Notes: a model not told the origin generated them from the letters alone. A DNA stretch of 64,000 nt from Narcine bancroftii (GCF_036971445.1 NC_091469.1:249674001-249738000); one strand, 5' to 3'. Shown: positions 1-11,842, numbered from the stretch's first letter. Numbers and translations are program-made.

Positions 1-315
1 TTTTTCCTTCCAAGTGGATAACCTCACAATTACCAACATTGTTCTCCATCTTCCAGACCTTTGCCCTCTCCCTTGACCCATCCATCCATCTCTGCAGACT
101 CTCTGCATCCTCTGCACAATTTGCTTTTCCACACAGGTTCGTTTCACTAACACACTTTAATGCACTAACCTCGGTTCCCTCTTCCAAATCATACGTCATG
201 AACAGATGAAGACCAAGCACCGATCCCTGAGGCACACCGCCCACCACTGACTGGCAGCCAGAGAAGCGCCCCTGTACCCCAACCCCCTGCCTTCGATTGG
301 TGAACCAATCCTGAT
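1..315 (-). mobile_element. Degenerate CR1 LINE fragment (RT region)
   Basis: Similar to the CR1 copies at 48.9 kb and 55.9 kb (aagtggataacctcaca..., gatccctgaggcacacc = antisense GVPQGS). Confidence 0.7.
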
Positions 316-461
316 TCCGTGAGCTTGTGAAGGGACTTGTCTGAGTTAATACTCTCCCGAGGTCTGTAATGGAGTAGTCAGGAACTTAGTGGTGGTGGTG
401 GTCGGGGGTGGGGGGGGGTGGTGTGAAGCGGTCTCTTGGGGAGACATGGCTCAGTACCCAC

Positions 462-579
462 CTCGAACAGCCAGCTCAAAGTTGCAGCAATCGAACTTGT
501 CCTTGTCGCTGACCTCACACCGGTAGCCGCCCGCATCACTGGTCTTGGCCTGGAGGATGTGCATCTCAAAGGTATACAC
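462..579 (-). CDS. MYBPC3: Cardiac myosin-binding protein C, exon encoding C-terminal half of Ig domain C1 (equivalent of human exon 6)
   Basis: [39 protein letters not shown]; acceptor tccctccag, donor GTGGGT; 118 bp, phase 0 to 1, same size as human exon 6. Confidence 0.95.
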
Positions 580-982
580 CTGGAGGGACAGGACAGAGGA
601 GTGAGGAGGGCAGGAAATGGCAGGGATAGGGCTCTTCCCCCTTGCCTTATTGCCCTCCCACATACATGCATACCCCAGCATCCATTCTTCCAGCTGCTCC
701 AGATGGACACATCCCGGCGGTCATATAGCCACGGGCTAGAGCAAAAAAACAGTGAGAACATCTGGAGGCCCCTCCATCACTTATGTCACAGGAGACAGTT
801 CACCCCATCCTTCAACTGACAGGAAAGGGAGGATGCACTGAATGATGAACAGGAAGAGTTAGGAGGAGGCTTCCCCTTTCTATGGACAGTGGTGGGGATC
901 CCCAATGACAGGGGCAATTGCAATTCCCCTACTCTCCTTGGGAGGGGAGGGTCCAGCCTCCAGCTGGGGCACTGTCCCATAC

Positions 983-1131
983 CTTGGTTTTCCGGTCGTA
1001 CGCCTCCTTTAACTGCAAGTGAGTCCCAGTTTTGCTGGTGAGATCCATCCATTTGCCCTTGAACCATCGGATGTTGGGCTTCCTCAGGATGTTGGTGCTT
1101 AGTACCCGTGCGATGAAGGTGATGTCCGACC
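983..1131 (-). CDS. MYBPC3: MYBPC3 exon encoding middle of Ig domain C1 (equivalent of human exon 5)
   Basis: Not in the ORF track in this frame. Hand translation [50 protein letters not shown] contains the MyBP-C WFKGKW motif; acceptor cttgtccag, donor GTATGG; 149 bp, as human exon 5. Confidence 0.95.
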
Positions 1132-1346
1132 CTGGACAAGAGGCACAGCCAGAGGCAAGTCACATGGCAGCACCTGCCAGTACCGCACGGGTGCATGGGG
1201 CCTGATAGTCTGAGTCCTGGGCTAATGGGGGCAGTGGGAATTACGTCAGAGGCATCGATCGCACGGGTCATTGGGGATAAGGAATCGAGGCTTTGAGTGT
1301 CATGCCAAGGAGTCAGGGGGTTTACGGGAACTTTGGAATTCCTTAC

Positions 1347-1610
1347 CAACCGTCACTGCTCCGGACTGTGGTCTTTCCATGAACAAGCCATCAGCCAAGC
1401 AGATCCCATCATTCCCAGCTCCTTGGTCTGTGCTGCTGCCTGTGGCCATCGGAATCTGCTCCTTGCAGTCTTCCCCCACAACCTGACCTGCACCCTGGGA
1501 CTCCAAAACCTTCTTCTCCCCTGGATCTCCAGACGCCACCTCTCCATTGGTCCCCACTAACACTTTCTCCCCATCAGGTCTTCTGGGAACATTCTCTGCC
1601 ATGCTGGCTG
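1347..1610 (-). CDS. MYBPC3: MYBPC3 exon encoding C0-C1 linker plus start of C1
   Basis: Ends GLFMERPQSGAVTV|G (human GLFVMRPQDGEVTVG); strong acceptor ttcttcccttcttctcag, donor GTAAGG; 264 bp, phase 1-1, compatible with both flanking exons. The 5' boundary is less certain than the 3' one. Confidence 0.85.
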
Positions 1611-1689
1611 CTGAGAAGAAGGGAAGAATACAGGTCATGCCATGTGGCAAGGTCAACACACAGTGAGAATGCCCAAGATGGTTAAACGG

Positions 1690-1920
1690 TTCTATCAGTT
1701 TGAGTGGGGTTTGATCAGTTTTAGGGAGGAGGTTCGATCAGTTTGAGGGAGGTTTGATTAGTTCCAGTGAGGAGGTTAAATCGGTTCAAGGGAGAAGGTT
1801 TGATCAGTTTGAGGGAGGTTTGATCAGCTTGAGGGAGGTTCGATTGGTTCGAGGGAGGAGCTTCGATCGGTTCGAGGGAGGAGGTCCAATCAGTTCCAAG
1901 GAGGAGGTTTGATCAGTTCA
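1690..1920. repeat. Short tandem repeat, ~19-22 bp unit GAGGGAGGTTTGATCAGTTT
   Basis: About 11 degenerate copies read directly. Confidence 0.85.
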
Positions 1921-2479
1921 CCATGGAGAACTGGTGGGAATGTTGTTAAGTTGTGATTGTAAAAGTAATGTGGGGGTGTGCGGAAATGAGTCTGTCAGCA
2001 CAACTTGTCATGTTCTCTGGCCTGGTCCCATTTTTCCCTCTGCCCCTGCACACTTGATATTAGCACTTAAGGAGAGGTTGGATATGGATACGGACAGGAA
2101 AGGAACAGGTTGAGTATAGTTCAGTGGGGTTAGGTGGGAGAAAGTGTTCAGCATGGACTAGAAGGGCCAAGTTGGCCTGTTTCTATGCTGCAATTATTAT
2201 ATGGCTTTACATATATATAATTTATCTCTGCCTCTCCCACTTGCCCTGGTCACTCCCACCATTCCCGTGCCAAGCTGCCTCTCAGCTCCCTTTTCAGCTC
2301 ATTAAACCTCTGGTTTTAGACTCCCCTATCCTGGGGAAAAGACTGTGACCAACCCCCTCTAGCCCCCTCCTGATATTGTAAACCTCTCGCTCCCAGTCTC
2401 CTGTTCTAAATCAAACACTGCAGTCCCAACAATGTCCTTGTTAACCGTTCCTTCACCTTGTTTTCTTATATTACATTGG

Positions 2480-4000
2480 TCATTCAGCATTCTCACTGCC
2501 CGTGGGAAGAAGCTGTTCCTCAGCCTGGTGGTTCTGGCTCTGACACCCCTGTATCTCTTCGCCGATGGGACTAGCTGAAAGATGCTGTTTGCTGGGTGGA
2601 AGGGGTCTCAATGATTTTGTACATCCTTTTCAGACAATGATCCTAGTAGATCACGTCGATGGGTGGGGTGGGGTGGTGGGGTAGGGAGACTCTACTGATC
2701 CTCTATGCAACTCATATGGTCCTGTGGATTGACCTCCAATCCATTTCTCTGCAGCAACCGTACCCACACTGTGATGCAGTCGGCCAGGACGGTGTCGGTA
2801 GAGCTCCTGTAGAAGGTTGGCATCATGGTGGCCAGTAGCCTTGCCCGCTTCAGTCTTCTCAGGAAGTGCAGTTGCTATGGCATCTTCCTGACAAGTGAGG
2901 AGATGTTGAGTGTCCACAATAGTTAAGTGAACTCCAAGGAACCTGGTGCTCTCCACTCTCTCCACTACAGAGAGACAGGTTGTTTCTCTTGCACCGTTTC
3001 ACGGGATTTCCCACCTCTTCTCTGCAGTGCGACTTATCGTTGTTGCTGATGAGGCCGACGACTGTTGTGTCATCTACATACTTGATGACACTGTTGGAAC
3101 TGAATCTGGCGATGCAGTCGTTGGTCAGTAATGTGAACAAGAGTGGGCTGAGCACACAGCCCTGAGGTACGCCAGTGTGATGGTGCTCGACATTCTGCTA
3201 CTGACTCAGAAGTCCAGGATCCAGTTACCGAGAGGGGTGTTGAGTCCCAGCGAGGACAGCTTCTCCACCAGCCTCTGGGGAATGATTGTATTAAACACCA
3301 AGCTTAAATCAATGAACAGCAGCCTGGCGTATGAGGCATCGTTCTCCAGTTGGGCTAGGTTGGAGTGAAGTGACAAGGCAATAGCATCGTCTGTGGAATG
3401 GTTTCTTCTATAGGGGAACTCAAATGGATGATGGTAGCTGTCTTGAAACCTGCGGGAATGATGGACCGCTGAAGTGAGATGTTGAAGATGTCCAAGGAAT
3501 CTTAGCCACGGCTATGCGGCGGCCAGTTCATCAGGGGACATGGAACTTCCTTTGCCGTCATCCTGTTCTTCTCATTAAACTGTGCATAGAAGGTGTTCCA
3601 TCTGTCCAGAAGGGAGACGTCATTGTCCTTAATTCGCAAGGTTGATTGTGATCCATTATATCCTTGATCCTTTGCCACATGTGTCTCATGTCAACTGTGT
3701 TGCACAGCTGTCTGTGGATCTTCTGGGAGTGCCCTCACTTTGCCTTCCAGAGAGTACGGGAGAGTTCAGCCTTGGCTGATCTTAATGCCATCCTACAACC
3801 TGTCCTGAAGGCAGCATCACAAGTTCTGAGAAGGGCCCTGACCTCTGCATCCAACCATGATTTCTGGTTAACCCTGGTTGTGAAGCATTTGATCTCAATG
3901 ACATCCTCAATGCACTTGCTGATGTATATGCTTCTGACCAGCCTGTCATGTGGGAACCTCATCAAAGGCCTCAGCATCGTCCATGTAGACAATGTCTACC
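2480..4000 (-). mobile_element. Degenerate Rex1/Babar-type LINE
   Basis: Minus-strand fragments LSPLLFTLLTNDC...IKYVDDTTVVGLISNND, ERVESTRFLGVHL and NQKSWLDAEVRALL; frameshifted. Confidence 0.8.
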
Positions 4001-4289
4001 TCCCTTAACAATTGTCTTGGTCACTCCATCAAAAAGATAATCAAATCCAACTTCCAACGCAGAAAGCCAGGCTGACTGCCCCTAATTCCAAATGCAGAAA
4101 GACCCTATCTCTGAATCCCATCCAAAAACTCTTGCACAAGCTGATCTGCATCAGGTGAAGGGAGGAAAGTTCAGGGGTTTATTTTGTTACCAGAGAGTGG
4201 TGGGCACCTGGATTCCATTGCTGGGAATGCTAGTAGATGCTGGTGTAATAGTGATATTGTACCAGTGATGTAGTATTAGTGAAAATCTA

Positions 4290-6040
4290 AGCCAACCAAC
4301 TCGCCGGAGCATACATGGACATTTTCAACCTCTCATTGCTGCAGTCAGAGATTTTCACCTGCTTCAAAAAGGCATCAATCATCCCGATCCCCAAGAAGAG
4401 TGTGTGAGCTTCCTCAATGACTACCATCCAGTAGCACTGACTTCTACTGTGTTGAAATGCTTTGAGAGGCTGGTCACGGCCAGAGTTAACATGGACCTAA
4501 GGAAAGGTCTGGACCTGCTGCAGTTCACCTATCATCACAATCCCTCCACAGCAGATGCAATATCGCTGCCTATCCACTCAGCTCTGGATCGCCTCGAAAA
4601 CAGCAGCTCATACACACGGCTGCTCTTCACAAACTACAGCTCGGTCTTCAATACCATCATTCCTTCACTGTTGGTCAACCCTAGGCCTCCGTACCCTCCT
4701 CCCACCACTACCCCCCCCCCCACCCCCTGCAACTGGATCCTTGACTTTCTCATCAGGAGACCGCAGTCAGTATGAATTGGGAACAACGTCTCCTCCTCAC
4801 TGATCATTGACGCAGGCTCACCCCAAGGGTGCGTATCAAGCCCACTGCTCTACTTCTTACACACTCACATGTTTGGGCAGGTACAATTCCAAAAACCATC
4901 TGCAAGTTTGCTGATGAACACCACAGTGGTCGGTAGAATCATCAATGACAATGAGGAAGCGACAGGAGGGAGACAGATCAACTCGTTGAGTGGTGTCACG
5001 ACAACAACCTGGCACTCATCGTCAGCAAAACCAACGAGATGATTGTGGACTTCAGGAGGAAGTCAGGGGAACACGGCCCAGTCCTCATTCAGGGCTCAGT
5101 AGTGGAGAGGGTCAAGAACTTCAAATTCCTGGGTGTCAACATCTCCGAGCATCTGTCCTGGAGCCTCCATGTTGATAAAATCACAAAGAAGGCTTGCCAG
5201 TGGCTATACTTTGTGAGGTGTCTGAGGAGATTCGGTATGTCACTGAAGACTCTCGAAAACGTCTACAGAGCATTCTGGCTGGTTGCATCACTACCTGGTT
5301 CAGACTTTCCATCACATCAGATGATGATGGTTCCTTTCAGTCAGTTTGTGGGTTTGATGTGAGGATACCCCACTCCTTAGAAAGGAACAGCATATGCATG
5401 GATGGATTTAGGTGAGTATAGTTTTGCACAGGTCCAAATCCACTCTCTGGACATCCCCTCCCAGATCCAGCGGCTGAGATCTGAGATGGCTGGGACTAAG
5501 TTCTGTTGCATTGAAAGGCTTTGATACAAGGGATGCCCTTTCCACGCTTCACGGCATGTGTTTGCTCGATGGCTGTGGACCCCACAAGAGGGTTCATCCA
5601 CACTTTGACAGGTCTTGTTTTTCATCCTGCAGGGTGTCTAGCCACCCTCCGCACTAGGCAAGCCTGGTGGGGGAGCCAGTTTAGTCGCCGACTAATGACC
5701 TCCAGAGGGTTGTTAACTCAGCGTGCAACATCACGGGCACCAGACTCCACTTCATCGAGGACATCAACATGAGGCGGTATCTTAAGGCAGCCTCTATCCT
5801 CAAAGACCCCACGACCCAGACCACCCCTCTTCACTTTACTACCACAGGAGAAAAAGGTACAGGTGCGTAAAGATGAGCACTCAATGGCACAAGGACAGCT
5901 TCCTCCCCACTGCCATCAGATTCCTGAATAATCAATGAAACAAAGACACTGCCTTGCTTTTCATGCACGATTAATTTTTATACAGTAATGTCGTAAGGTG
6001 GTTATAATATGTATATTTGTACTGATGCTGCCATAAATCC
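4290..6040 (+). mobile_element. Degenerate Rex1/Babar-type LINE, interrupted at about 5300-5700 by unrelated sequence
   Basis: LNDYHPVALTSTVLKCFERLV, CNWILDFL, MIVDFRRK...VERVKNFKFLGVNISEHLSW; broken frames. Confidence 0.8.
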
Positions 6041-6194
6041 TGATTCTGATATTCCAAGGACTCTTAGACAGGCTCATGGAAAATTAAGGGTGTGAGTTGT
6101 GGTCAGTTCAGATTGTTGAGCAGGTTTACATAGATCGCCTCACACCATGGTCTATAATGCTCTATCACTCAGAAAGTGTGGGATGGGGAAGATG

Positions 6195-6585
6195 AAGTTA
6201 TAGAGCCACACAGCGTGGAAACAGGCCCTTCGGCCCAACTGGTCAATGCCGACCAAAATGTCCCTCCCACGCTCGTCCCTCCTGCCTGCATTTGGCCCTT
6301 AAGCCCTCTTCACCCATCCTATCCATGTATCTGTCCAAATGTATCCATCCAAACAGTGCAATAGCACCCTCCTCAACCCCTGACAGTCCGTTCCATACCC
6401 CCACCATAATGATACCCCCGAGGATGCTGTTAGATCTCCGTCCCTCACCTTAAACCTCTGAACCCTGGTTACTGATTCCCCTACTCTTGGGCAAAAGGCT
6501 CTCTGCGCTCACAGGGTCTGTTCCCCTTGTGGGTTTGTCCACCTCTGTGAGATCACCCCTCGTCCTCCTACACTCCAAGGATTAA
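6195..6585 (-). mobile_element. CR1 LINE 3' fragment
   Basis: cagcgtggaaacaggcccttcggccc tail motif and downstream similarity to the CR1 3' end at 48150-48540. Confidence 0.65.
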
Positions 6586-6589
6586 AGGC

Positions 6590-7030
6590 CACGGAGGGTT
6601 ACCCGGCCAGTAGGGTAGAGAGAACACCAACCAGAACAAAGGACGGATGCTTGCAGCCTGGACAGTCACCCAGGCAGGAGTCATTTCCCCAGGTCTGTCA
6701 GGGTCAGACCAACCCACACCTTCCAGTTGGTTCCCTGCCTTACCTCAAGTCACATGGACCTACCCAGTATAAAACCCAGTGCACGGTCTAGTTCACTCTC
6801 TTTCCTTTTCCCTTCAGACCATCCTTAAGCTCCACTCCAGGTTGCGAGCCATGTAGTTGTAAGGTGTGTGGGGTGGGGGTTAATTGTGGAATACACCCAG
6901 GAGAGACTATCCGTGCTTGCTTGTCGAGGTAGGGGTGGCAGGTACTGTTGTTCCATCAGGACTTGCATCACTAGTATCTAGTTTATATCTGAAGCACATG
7001 ATTGTTACATTACTTGTTTGCGTGTCTCTT
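6590..7030 (+). mobile_element. Possible LTR-like relic grading into the minisatellite
   Basis: TATAAAA near 6769 followed by a pyrimidine tract and a GTAAGG donor-like site; no clear TG/CA ends or TSD. Confidence 0.25.
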
Positions 7031-7034
7031 GTTG

Positions 7035-9059
7035 CCTTACCCCGACAGTTCCGAAGGGACAGGGCCACAGTGCTTCACCACAGGGGGATCCTTCTGGCCA
7101 CGTTACCCTAATGGCTTCGGAAGCAGAGACACAGTGTTCTCCACAGGTATCTACCAACCTGTTACACCGAATGCCCCATGTCCCAGGGAGCCAGGACACA
7201 GTGCTCCTCCACTGGGACCTACTGCCCACTATTACCCCGATGACGGTGGGGTAGTGGGGACACAGCACTCCTACGCAGGGCCCCGCTGCCCATTGTTACC
7301 CCGATGATCATGGGAGAGTTAACACACAGCGCACCTCCACAAGGTTCTACTGCACATTGTTAACCTGATGACTGTGGGGGAGTGGGGACACAGCACTCCT
7401 CCACAGGGTCCAACTGCCCACTGTTACTCTGAAGCCCACTGGTGCATGGAGACACAGCGCTCTTCCACAGGGTCCTACTGCACACTGTCACCCAGATGAC
7501 CACGGGGGAGTGGGATCACATCACTCCTCCGCAGGGCGCCGCTGCCCATCGTTACCCTGATGAACGTGGGGATGTGGGGAAACAGCGCTCCTCCACAGGA
7601 TCCTCCTGTCCACTGTTACCCTGATGACCGGAGGGGAGTGGGGACAGAGCGCTCATCCAAAGGGTCCCACTACCCACTGTTAACCTGATGACCATGGGGG
7701 AGTGGGGAAAAAGCGCTCCTCCACAGGGTCCTACATCCCACTGTTACCCCGATGACCATGGGGGAATGGGGAAACAGTGCTCCTCCACAGTGACTTCGTG
7801 CCCACTGTTATCCTGATGACCACAGTGGAGTGGGGACACAGCGCTCCTCCACAGTGTCCTACTGTCCGCTGTTACCTGATGACCATGGGGGAGTGGGAAC
7901 ACAGCGCTCCTCCACAGGGTCCTCCTGCCTGTTGCTATTCTGATGGCCGTGGGATAGTAGGTACACAGTGCTCTTCTGCACGGTCCTACTGCCCATTGTT
8001 ATCCTGATGACTGCGGGATAGTTGGTACACAGCGCTCCTCTGCAGGGTCTAACTGCCCACTTTCACCCTGGTGTCTGCCAGGGAGTGGGGACTCAGCACT
8101 GCTCCACAGGGTCTAACTGCCCACTTTCACCCTGATGTCTGCCAGGGAGTGGGGACTCAGCACTGCTCCACAGGGTCTTACTGCCCGCTGTTATCCTGAT
8201 GACCTTGAGGGTGTAGAGATACATCACTCCTCCGCTGTGTGCTGCTTCCCACTGTTACCCTGATGGCTGTTGAGGAGTGGAGACACTTTGCTCCTCAACT
8301 GGGTCCTACTACCCACTGTTATCCTGATGACCACAGAGGAGTGGGGACACAGCGCTGCACCGCAGGGTCCTCCTGCCTGATATTATCCTGATGATCGCTG
8401 AGGAGTGGAGACACAGTTCTCCTCCACAGGGTCCTACTTCCCACTGTTACCCCGATGACCGTGAGGGAGTGGGGAAACAGTGATCCTCCACAGGGTCCTG
8501 CTACCCATTGTTACCCTGATGACTGTGGGGTAGTGGGGACACAACACTCCTCCACAGGGTCCTACAGCCCACTGTTACCCCAATGGCCATGGGGGAGTGG
8601 GTACACAGCGTTCCTCTACAAGGTCCTACTGCCCACTGTTATCCTTATGACCACAGAGGAGTGGAGACACAGCACTCCTCCATTGTGTCCTGCTGCCCAA
8701 TGTTACCCTGATGACCGCAGGGAAGTGGAGACACCACGCCCCTCCACAGGGTTCTGATGCCCACTCATATATGACGATCGCAGGGGAGTAGGGACACAAC
8801 TGCCCGTCGTTACCCTGATGATCATTGAGGAGTAGAGACATAGCGCTCTTCAACAGGAACCTCCTGCCCACTGTTAACCTGATGACCACGGGATAGTGGG
8901 GACACAGCGCTCCTCCACAGGGTCCTATTGCCCACTGTTATTCCGATGCATGCGGGTGTGCAAAGACACAGCGCTCCTCTACAGGGCCCTACTGCCCACT
9001 ATTACCCTGATGACCACAGGTGAGTGGAGAAACAGCACTCCTCCACAGGGTCTTACTGC
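7035..9059. repeat. ~59-bp minisatellite, left part
   Basis: Unit approx CCACTGTTACCCTGATGACCACGGGGGAGTGGGGACACAGCGCTCCTCCACAGGGTCCTACTG, more than 30 diverged copies. Confidence 0.95.
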
Positions 9060-11428
9060 TGTTGGAATCTAGGGGTTAAAACAGTATGAAATAAATGATT
9101 AATTAATAAGTGTATATTTACTGCATGGTTCAGGGAAAAAGGAATGTGATTAAGTGGCAATCACAGCATGGAGCAAAGTTGGCTGAGCAAAATTGTCTCT
9201 CCAAAATCTTTTTTTTTTTTTCTTTGGCTTGGCTTCGCGGACGAAGATTTATGGAGGGGGTAAAAAGTCCACGTCAGCTGCAGGCTCGTTTGTGGCTGAC
9301 CAGTCCGATGCGGGACAGGCAGACACGATTGCAGCGGTTGCAAGGGAAAATTGGTTGGTTGGGGTTGGGTGTTGGGTTTTTCCTCCTTTGCCTTTTGTCA
9401 GTGAGGTGGGCTCTGCGGTCTTCTTCAAAGGAGGCTGCTGCCCGCCAAACTGTGAGGCGCCAAGATGCACGGTTTGAGGCATTATCAGCCCACTGGCGGT
9501 GGTCAATGTGGCAGGCACCAAGAGATTTCTTTAGGCAGTCCTTGTACCTTTTCTTTGGTGCACCTCTGTCACGGTGGCCAGTGGAGAGCTCGCCATATAA
9601 TACGATCTTGGGAAGGCGATGGTCCTCCATTCTGGAGACGTGACCCATCCAGCGCAGCTGGATCTTCAGCAGCGTGGACTCGATGCTGTCGACCTCTGCC
9701 ATCTCGAGTACCTCGACGTTAGGGGTGTGAGCGCTCCAATGGATGTTGAGGATGGAGCGGAGACAACGCTGGTGGAGGCGTTCTAGGAGCCGTAGGTGGT
9801 GCCGGTAGAGGACCCATGATTCGGAGCCGAACAGGAGTGTGGGTATGACAACGGCTCTGTATACGCTTATCTTTGTGAGGTTTTTCAGTTGGTTGTTTTT
9901 CCAGACTCTTTTGTGTAGTCTTCCAAAGGCGCTATTTGCCTTGGCGAGTCTGTTGTCTATCTCATTGTCGATCCTTGCATCTGATGAAATGGTGCAGCCG
10001 AGATAGGTAAACTGGTTGACCGTTTTGAGTTTTGTGTGCCCGATGGAGATGTGGGGGGGCTGGTAGTCATGGTGGGGAGCTGGCTGATGGAGGACCTCAG
10101 TTTTCTTCAGGCTGACTTCCAGGCCAAACATTTTGGCAGTTTCCGCAAAGCAGACTGCTCAAACTACAGGGGAATCACGTTGCTCTCCATTGCAGGCAAA
10201 ATCTTCGCTAGGATTCTACTAAATAGAATAATACCTAGTGTCGCTGAGAATATTCTCCCAGAATCACAGTGCGGCTTTCGCGCAAACAGAGGAACCACTG
10301 ACATGGTCTTTGCCCTCAGACAGCTCCAAGAAAAGTGCAGAGAACAAAACAAAGGACTCTACATCACCTTTGTTGACCTCACCAAAGCCTTCGACACCGT
10401 GAGCAGGAAAGGGCTTTGGCAAATACTAGAGCGCATCGGATGTCCCCCAAAGTTCCTCAACATGATTATCCAACTGCACGAAAACCAACAAGGTCGGGTC
10501 AGATACAGCAATGAGCTCTCTGAACCCTTCTCCATTAACAATGGCGTGAAGCAAGGCTGTGTTCTCGCACCAACCCTCTTTTCAATCTTCTTCAGCATGA
10601 TGCTGAACCAAGCCATGAAAGACCCCAACAATGAAGACGCTGTTTACATCCGGTACCGCACGGATGGCAGTCTCTTCAATCTGAGGCGCCTGCAAGCTCA
10701 CACCAAGACACAAGAGAAACTTGTCCGTGAACTACTCTTTGCAGTTGATGCCGCTTTAGTTGCCCATTCAGAGCCAGCTCTTCAGCGCTTGACGTCCTCT
10801 CCAAAATACAGGGAGAGGAAATGCATAAAACAATTTAGGAGGAATGCTCAAACTAAATGAGGTGGTGAGTAGCACAGGAGACACAGGCCAGATCAGAACA
10901 AAGAATGGCCTGTAAGAAACAAAGGGAATGGAAAACAAGTCTAGGAGGAAGATTAAGGCAGGAGGAGGTGTTAAAGAGAACAGCAGAAATTGGCCAGACA
11001 AGAACAGAATGGTGATTAGAAATATCTGGGGATGAATTAATTTCTGATCAACACAACAGGATAGTCTGGCCTGGAGGATTAAAATGGGAGTGCTACACCC
11101 CAGATATCTGCAAAACAGGAGATGACTTGTGATAACCCTTATGCAAAAAGATCTAGCAAAGGAAGACAACTTTTCTTCTGTATGATAAGATTGACCTATA
11201 TAAACTGAGCCAACTGGACAATAGGGGTCAGTCTTGGGGAATAGCTCACTGTGCAGGTGACCTATGAACTAACGACTGACCCAGAGCTCTGTTAAGTTTT
11301 ATTCTTGTGCTGTGTAATAAACTGACTGTTGAACCGAATACCTTCTCCTATCACTTCATTCAAAGAACACGCTGGACTCAGACCACACATAGACTAAATT
11401 AAGAGTAAGGTAAAGCCAGAGTCCGACA
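9060..11428 (+). repeat. ERV 5' LTR (769 bp after removing the 1.6-kb RTE insertion)
   Basis: TGTTGGAATC...GTCCGACA; TATATAAA 11197-11204, AATAAA 11316-11321; matches 18886-19654. Confidence 0.97.
9208..10796 (-). mobile_element. RTE-clade LINE, 5'-truncated and 5'-inverted, inserted in ERV U3
   Basis: 3' part on minus strand (9208-~10153, ORF ending CNRCNRVCLSRIGLVSHKRACS); upstream RT part on plus strand (~10151-10798; YRGITLLS, FVDLTKAFD, GVKQGCVLAP); 11-bp TSD CTCTCCAAAAT at 9197-9207 and 10797-10807. Confidence 0.95.
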
Positions 11429-11431
11429 ATT

Positions 11432-11449
11432 TGGTGACCCCGACGTGAT
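11432..11449 (+). promoter_or_regulatory. Primer-binding site for tRNA-Trp
   Basis: TGGTGACCCCGACGTGAT, 3 nt after the LTR end; identical to the tRNA-Trp PBS of avian sarcoma/leukosis viruses. Confidence 0.92.
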
Positions 11450-11536
11450 GAAGATGGAGAAGTGACGGAAGAAAAAGATACGAAACACCGGTCGATTGTG
11501 GTGTGGTGATAACAACAAGTGACCATCCTACAAAGG

Positions 11537-11545
11537 GAGGTAAGC
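11537..11545 (+). promoter_or_regulatory. Putative retroviral major splice donor
   Basis: GAG|GTAAGC about 90 nt downstream of the PBS. Confidence 0.55.
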
Positions 11546-11642
11546 AGACGCCTGTTTTAACGAAGTTCTGCTATTGGCAAAGATAAATTGTGTGTTGTCA
11601 CTACTCTGCAAAAGCCCTCGTTAAAGCCAAAGAATAAAACAA

Positions 11643-11842
11643 AAGGGGGTTAGAATCCCCCTAGTAGAACGGGGTTGGAGTCCCCTGTAGTAGAAGGGGG
11701 TTGGAGTCCCCTGTAGTAGAAGGGGGTTGGAGTCCTCCTAGTAGAACGGGGTTGGAGTCCCCTGTAGTAAAAAGGGGGTTGGAGTCCTCCTAGTAGAAAG
11801 GGGGTTGGAGTCCTCCTAGTAGAACGGGGTTGGAGTCCCCTC
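11643..11842 (+). repeat. ERV leader tandem array 1 (~24-26 bp, about 8 copies)
   Basis: AAGGGGGTTGGAGTCCCCTGTAGTAG and variants. Confidence 0.9.

Noticed and set aside
10036-10860. 274-aa plus-strand RT ORF as a separate gene
   Set aside because: Chimeric frame created by the RTE inversion junction, running into the LTR.
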